The notes under the pieces are model-generated. The model did not search any database. It saw nothing but the letters and a program-made list of their open reading frames with translations, and was not told the origin of the DNA. Below, in pieces: positions 36,874 through 42,245 of a DNA stretch of 42,245 bases (its first letter is position 1; every line of letters starts with the position of its first letter). The stretch spans positions 1 through 42,245 of the forward strand of contig JBFMGU010000068.1 in assembly GCA_040752415.1 (NCBI GenBank), written 5' to 3'. Origin of the DNA: Myxococcota bacterium. Lineage in GTDB: Bacteria; Myxococcota; JACRCW01. A program made the translations under genes and the position numbers.

Positions 36874-39800
36874 TCAGGCGGGCGTGGGCGCGGGGCGGGC
36901 CGCCGGCTGGGTCAGCGACGCGCTGTTGACGCGCACGTTCACCAGCTTGGACACGCCGGGCTCCTCCATCGTGATGCCGTAGAAGTTGTCGGCGATCTCC
37001 ATGGTCCGCTTGTTGTGCGTGATGATGATGAACTGGCTGATGGCGCTGACGTCGCGGACCAGCTCGTTGAAGCGGCCCACGTTGGCCTCGTCCAGCGGGG
37101 CGTCCACCTCGTCCATCAGGCAGAACGGGCTGGGCTTGATGAGGAAGATGGAGAACACCAGGCTCACCGCCGTCAGCGCCTTCTCACCACCGGACAGCAG
37201 CTGCACCGTGGACACCTTCTTGCCCGGCGGCTGCGCGAAGATCTCGATGCCCGTCTCCAGCAGGTTCTCCGGGTCGGTCATCTGCAGCCAGGCCTTGCCG
37301 CCGCGGAACAGGCGCGGGAACAGCTCCTTGAACCGCTCGTTGATGGCCTCGAACGCCTCCTGGAAGCGCCGCTTGGTGGTCTTGTTGATCTTGGTGATGG
37401 CGCGGTCCAGCTGGTTGAGCGCGTGGGTGAGGTCGTCCTGCTGGGTGCGCAGGAACGTGTGACGCTCCTCCACGTCGCGACACTCCTCGATGGCGGTGAG
37501 ATTGATCTCCCCCATGTTGTCGATGGCGCGACGCAGCTCGACGATGCGCTCCTGCGTTCCCGCGTCGGGGAGCGGGCGCAGGTGGTAGTCGTGGATCACG
37601 TCCAGCAGGTTGAGCTGGTACACCTCGCGGATGCGTTGGTGCAGGTGCTCCAGGGCCATCTCGCGCTCCTTGAGTCGGAGCTTGAGGTCGCCGAGGTTGT
37701 TCTGCGCGGCGGTGGCCTGGGTACGCAGCCCGCGCGCTTCCGCCTCCGCGGCGGCCACCTTCTTCTGCGCCTCCTCGTAGTTCGCGCGGTCGCCTTCCAG
37801 CATGCCGCGGACGTGCGCCGCTTCGGAGGCCTTCTCCAGGGCCTTCTGGCGCTCCAGCTTGGACTGGTCAATGAGCATGATGCCCTGGTCACGGGCCTGC
37901 TGCGCCTGCGCCTGCAGACGCGCCACCAGCTCTTCCACCTCGGTGCGGACGCGTTCGCTGTTGGCCAGCGTGCGCTCCACGTGCTCGCGACGGCTCTTGG
38001 CGGTCTCGGCGCGGATGCGCAGCTCGGTGGCCCGCGCGGTGGCCTCCAGGTACGCGTTCTGGATGGCGGCGGCGCGCGCATTGAGCTCGCCCACCTGCGC
38101 CTCGCGCTCCTGTCGTTCCGCGTTGGCGCGCTGCAGCGTCTCCATGTGCCCGCGCTCTTCCGCGGTCAGCTCGGTGATGAGCTCGGTGGTCTGCTGCAGC
38201 TCGGTGGTGAGCACGTCGCGACGCGCATTGAGACGGCTGGCCTGGTCCTCCAGCCGGTGCAGGTCCTTCTCGGCCTCCAGCAGGCGCAGCGCCACGTTCT
38301 GCAGCGCCTCCTGCACCCGGCGGTCCGCTGCCTTGAGGTCCTCCACCTGGAAGTGGAACCGGGCGCGCACGTCGTCGGCGGCGTTGAGCTGGGCTTCCAG
38401 GGCCTGCGCTTCCGTCTGCAGCTCGCTGATCTCGCGACGCTGCCGCAGGTACGTCTGGCCCGCCTCGTCGGCGCTGCCGCCGCTCAGCTCCCCGGTGGGG
38501 CTGAGCAGGTCGCCCTGCAGCGTCACCAGGCGCGCGCTCACGCCCTTCTCGAACAGCTCGTGCGCCTGGCCCAGGTCCTTGACCACCAGCACGTCGCCCA
38601 GGCGCGCCTTGACCACCTCCTCCATGCCCTCGCGGATCTTGAGGTGGTCCACCAACCAGTCCGCGTCGTCGATGGCGGGGCGATCATGCGGGGCCAGACG
38701 CGGGTGACGCGGCAGCAACGTGGCGCGCCCCTTGCTCTCCCGACGCAACCGCCGCGCAATGTCCATGGCGGCCTGCACGTCGTCGACCACCACGTCATCC
38801 AGGCTGTGGCCCAGCGCCGCCGCCACCGCGCCTTCGTACTTCGCGGGCGTCTCGATGTAGTCGGCCAGCACGCCGTGGACACCGCGCGCGTCGCCGCTGC
38901 GCCCCCAGTTGATGACGGTGCGCACGCCCTCCGGCGCACGCGCCAGGCTGTTGTGCACTTCTTCCAGACCGTGCAGGCGGTTGCGCTTGCGGCCCAGCTC
39001 CTCCTGCAGCCGGTTCACCTCGGCCCAGGCTTCCTTCAGCTTCTCGCTGGCGTCGGAGAGCTGCCCGGTGATGGTCTCGCGCTCCTCCTCCAGGCGGGCC
39101 TTCTCGTCGCGGCGCATCTCCACCGCTTCCTGGCCCATGCGCAGGCTGTTCTGCACCGCCTCGCGCTCCGCCTCCACGACACCCAGCTCGTCCTTCCAGC
39201 GCGCCTCACGCTGCCGGATCTCCGCCAGGCGTCGCCCCACCTGCTCCAGGTGCGTGGCCGCCGCGGTCTCCTGGGAGGCCAGCGCGTTGATGGCGTTGCG
39301 GGTGTCGTCGGCCTGGCGCGTGATCGTGTCGCGCTGCGTGGTGAGCTCGGACACCTCGTAGTTGGCGCGCTCGCTGGCCTCCTCCGCGCGCTCCATCTCC
39401 TCGGCAATCGCGCTGACGTCGATGTTGAGGTTCGCCGCCTCCTCCATCAACGCGGTGAGTCGCCCCCGCTGCGCGGCCGCCTCGGCCTCCGCTTCCATGC
39501 TGCGACGCTCCAGGGCCGCCGCGCTGGCCTCCTGGTGGGTGGCGTTCTGCTCGGCCAGTCGGACCTCCTGGTCCAGCTGGTAGAGCTTGGTCTGCAGGCC
39601 CTGCAGGCGCTTCTCGTCGTCAAGCAGCTGCAGGCGGGCAATCTCCGCGTCCGCGTCCAGCACCGCCAGGCGCGCTTCCAGGCCGGTCACGTGCTCGTAC
39701 TGGGCGCTGACGTTCTCGCGGTCCACGTGCGTGGTGACGCGCAGCTCCAGGTGCTGCAGGGCCGCGTCGTGGAGCTCGATGTCGCGCAGCTCGGCGCGCA

Positions 39801-40458
39801 GGGCCTTGAACTTCTCCGCCTTGGCAGCCTGGCGCTTCAGCACGCCCAGGCGCTTGCCCAGCTCGGTGACCAGGTCCCCCACGCGCAGCAGGTTCTGGCG
39901 CGTGGCCTCCATCTTGCGCTCGGCCGCCTGGCGACGAGCCTTGTACTTGGTGATGCCCGCCGCCTCCTCGATGAGCCGCCGCCGGTCCTCGGGCTTGCTG
40001 CTCACGATCATGCCGATGCGGCCCTGCTCGATGATCGAGTAGCCCTTGGTACCAATGCCGGTGCCAAGGACGATGTCCTGCACGTCCTTGAGGCGCACCT
40101 GCTGCTTGTTGACCAGGTACTCGCTCTCACCGCTGCGGTAGAGGCGGCGCGTGACGGTGATCTCCGGGTAGGCGCTGAAGTCGCCGCTGACCGTGCCCTC
40201 ATTGGCAAAGGTGATGCTCACCTCCGCCATGCCCAGGGGTCCGCGCGACTCCGAGCCGCCGAAGATGACGTCGCTCATGGCGTCGCCGCGGAGGTGTTTG
40301 GCGCTCTGCTCACCCAGGCACCAGCGCAGGCTGTCCACGATGTTGCTCTTGCCGCAGCCGTTGGGCCCCACGACACAGGTGATGCCACTGTCAAAGTGCA
40401 CCACGGTGCGGTCCGCGAACGACTTGAACCCCTGGATTTCAAGCTTGCGGATCTTCAT
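36874..40458 (-). CDS. smc: Chromosome segregation protein SMC
   Basis: GFKSFAD, GPNGCGKSN Walker A, IIEQG, hinge GVHGVLAD..GRATLLP, LSGGEK, MDEVDAPLD, ITHNKRTM. Confidence 0.97.
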   Translation of the reverse strand: MKIRKLEIQGFKSFADRTVVHFDSGITCVVGPNGCGKSNIVDSLRWCLGEQSAKHLRGDAMSDVIFGGSESRGPLGMAEVSITFANEGTVSGDFSAYPEITVTRRLYRSGESEYLVNKQQVRLKDVQDIVLGTGIGTKGYSIIEQGRIGMIVSSKPEDRRRLIEEAAGITKYKARRQAAERKMEATRQNLLRVGDLVTELGKRLGVLKRQAAKAEKFKALRAELRDIELHDAALQHLELRVTTHVDRENVSAQYEHVTGLEARLAVLDADAEIARLQLLDDEKRLQGLQTKLYQLDQEVRLAEQNATHQEASAAALERRSMEAEAEAAAQRGRLTALMEEAANLNIDVSAIAEEMERAEEASERANYEVSELTTQRDTITRQADDTRNAINALASQETAAATHLEQVGRRLAEIRQREARWKDELGVVEAEREAVQNSLRMGQEAVEMRRDEKARLEEERETITGQLSDASEKLKEAWAEVNRLQEELGRKRNRLHGLEEVHNSLARAPEGVRTVINWGRSGDARGVHGVLADYIETPAKYEGAVAAALGHSLDDVVVDDVQAAMDIARRLRRESKGRATLLPRHPRLAPHDRPAIDDADWLVDHLKIREGMEEVVKARLGDVLVVKDLGQAHELFEKGVSARLVTLQGDLLSPTGELSGGSADEAGQTYLRQRREISELQTEAQALEAQLNAADDVRARFHFQVEDLKAADRRVQEALQNVALRLLEAEKDLHRLEDQASRLNARRDVLTTELQQTTELITELTAEERGHMETLQRANAERQEREAQVGELNARAAAIQNAYLEATARATELRIRAETAKSRREHVERTLANSERVRTEVEELVARLQAQAQQARDQGIMLIDQSKLERQKALEKASEAAHVRGMLEGDRANYEEAQKKVAAAEAEARGLRTQATAAQNNLGDLKLRLKEREMALEHLHQRIREVYQLNLLDVIHDYHLRPLPDAGTQERIVELRRAIDNMGEINLTAIEECRDVEERHTFLRTQQDDLTHALNQLDRAITKINKTTKRRFQEAFEAINERFKELFPRLFRGGKAWLQMTDPENLLETGIEIFAQPPGKKVSTVQLLSGGEKALTAVSLVFSIFLIKPSPFCLMDEVDAPLDEANVGRFNELVRDVSAISQFIIITHNKRTMEIADNFYGITMEEPGVSKLVNVRVNSASLTQPAARPAPTPA

Positions 40459-40744
40459 GCGCCTGCCTTCCCCCGCCCGCGCCCAACGTTCGGCCTCAGG
40501 CCGCTATCATGCCCTCTTGTGGAATCGCAACTGCTGCCCGTAACATCCTGGAATTTCGAGGGTTTTTCCAATCGTATCGCCACAGCCATGGGTGACGGTT
40601 GGTGTCAGCTCAGATATGGTCACGGCCATGGCCAGGCTGGGTGGAGGTGGGGGCAGGCCGGGTCGGTAGGCAGAAGATTCCGGCGAGCGGGCCCGTGGCG
40701 TTATAGGTGGGCTTCCCCTCCCCGCAGCACCGCAGACGAGCTCA

Positions 40745-42245
40745 ATGGCCAAGAAGAACCTCCTCCTCGTGGACAGCGACCCCAAATCCATGCGGGTCCT
40801 GGAGGTCAGCCTCCGCAAGGCGGGCTTCTCCGTCACCACGTCCCCAGACGGAGAGGACGCGCTGGACAAGGTGGCCATCAACGCACCGGACCTGATCCTC
40901 AGCGACACCAAGCTTCCCGGCATGGACGGCTTTGCGTTCGCCACCAAGGTGAAGGCGGACACCAAGCTGGCGGCCATCCCGTTCCTGTTCCTGTCCAGCC
41001 ACAATGACATCGAGCACAAGGTGAAGGGGCTGGAGCTCGGCGTCGACGACTATCTGACCAAGCCCATCTACATCAAAGAGCTGCTGACGCGCGTGCGCAT
41101 CCTGCTGGAGAAGCGGGAGAAGGACGGGCTGGAGCGTCGTGCCGGCACCGGCATGCAGGGCGTGCTGGGTGAGATGGGCGTGGTGGACCTCATCCAGACC
41201 ATCGAGATGGGGCGCAAGACGGGCGTGCTGCGGCTCTCCAACGCTGCGGCGTCGGGCGCGGTGTTCTTCCGCAATGGCAAGGTGATTGACGCGGAGCTGG
41301 GCCGGCTGCGTGGAGAGAAGGCCATCTACCGCGTGTTGACGTGGAATGATGGCGCGTTCTCGCTGGAATTCGGTGAGCCGGGGCGTGAGGACCGGATTGA
41401 GCTGAGCAGCCAGGGCCTGCTGATGGAGGGCATGCGCCGCGTCGACGAGTGGGGTCGGCTGCTGGAGCAGATCCCGCCGCTCGACACGATCTTCGAGATT
41501 GACTACCGCGAGCTGGCCGAGCGCCTGGCGGAGATTCCCGACGAGGTGAACGGGATCCTGCGCCTGTTCGACGGTCGGCGCACGCTGATGCAGGTGGTGG
41601 ATGAGAGTGAGTTCGGCGACCTGGAAGCGCTGAACATCATCTCCAAGCTCTATTTCGAGGGGCTCATCTACGACACCACCACCCGCGACCCCGCCTCCAA
41701 CAACTCCGCGGACCGCATCCTGAGCTGGCTCGACGAGCCGGAGCAGCCACTGCCGCCCGCGCCGACGGAGGAGGCGCCGGAGGTGACCCAGAGCGGTGGC
41801 GAGGAGGCCCTGGCGGAAGAGGCCAAGGTGCCCGCCCCCTCGACGCCACCGGCGCCCCTTGCCGTGCAGGCTCCGTCGACACCACCCGCGGACACCATGC
41901 CGGGTGAGGAGCCGGTGACGCTGGAGGACCTCAGCGCCGGATCCAAGCCGCCTCCCCCGGAGCCGCCCCGCCCGACGAGCCCGGTGGATTCGCTGCCACC
42001 GCTCCCCCCAGTGAGCTCCGGCATCTCCATCCCCCCGGCGCGTGTTCCGCCGCCACGCACCGCGCCTCCGCGCGCCGTCACCGGCGTCCGGCTCCCGCCC
42101 GTCACCGAGCCGCCGCCCAAGCCGACCGCCGTTGCGCCGCCCCCCGAGCCTCCGCCCGTCGTGGCCGCGCCGCCTCCACCGGAAGCGCCCAAGCCCGCCC
42201 CGCCGCCGCCCGAGGCTCCGCCCGTCATGGTGTCCGAGCCCCCTC
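40745..42245 (+). CDS. Response regulator: receiver, DUF4388/PATAN-like domain and Pro-rich linker (runs off the window)
   Basis: Translated by hand: [86 protein letters not shown]; then a Pro-rich region. Confidence 0.88.
   Translation, partial: MAKKNLLLVDSDPKSMRVLEVSLRKAGFSVTTSPDGEDALDKVAINAPDLILSDTKLPGMDGFAFATKVKADTKLAAIPFLFLSSHNDIEHKVKGLELGVDDYLTKPIYIKELLTRVRILLEKREKDGLERRAGTGMQGVLGEMGVVDLIQTIEMGRKTGVLRLSNAAASGAVFFRNGKVIDAELGRLRGEKAIYRVLTWNDGAFSLEFGEPGREDRIELSSQGLLMEGMRRVDEWGRLLEQIPPLDTIFEIDYRELAERLAEIPDEVNGILRLFDGRRTLMQVVDESEFGDLEALNIISKLYFEGLIYDTTTRDPASNNSADRILSWLDEPEQPLPPAPTEEAPEVTQSGGEEALAEEAKVPAPSTPPAPLAVQAPSTPPADTMPGEEPVTLEDLSAGSKPPPPEPPRPTSPVDSLPPLPPVSSGISIPPARVPPPRTAPPRAVTGVRLPPVTEPPPKPTAVAPPPEPPPVVAAPPPPEAPKPAPPPPEAPPVMVSEPP

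Noticed and set aside
36874..40458. SMC as part of a Wadjet/Mks defence system
   Set aside because: Canonical Smc with a hinge and no jet/mks neighbours
36016..41007. 1663-aa plus-strand ORF
   Set aside because: Antisense shadow of smc and the ureohydrolase caused by high-GC codon bias; no motifs

Overview
High-GC bacterial chromosomal segment whose gene content resembles Myxococcota/Deltaproteobacteria; the taxonomy is an inference from TsaP-like, Cys-rich and Gly-rich surface proteins, a DUF4388-type response regulator and sigma54 systems. I call about 31 protein genes and found no rRNA, tRNA, CRISPR array or mobile element. The core is an ISC Fe-S assembly operon (iscS-iscU-iscA-hscB-hscA-fdx) that lacks iscR and iscX. 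It is instead bracketed by two paralogous MerR-family regulators with the same C-terminal CxxC-x8-CxxC motif, and two copies of a 22-bp palindrome flank its sigma70-like promoter. This is a candidate MerR-type Fe-S or metal sensing circuit in place of IscR. Two enzymes have altered active sites: an agmatinase-fold protein missing two Mn ligands, next to a deoxyhypusine-synthase-like gene, and a FolE homologue with Gln at the E. coli His179 position. Other genes include cpoB, an NTT-like/HEAT membrane protein, a long Omp85 protein, pgi, an NCS2 permease divergent from a GAF-sigma54 activator, GDPD, a deoxynucleoside kinase, a molybdopterin oxidoreductase, yceI/TetR, a beta-propeller lipoprotein and smc. 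All calls come from motif recognition by eye; no searches were run.
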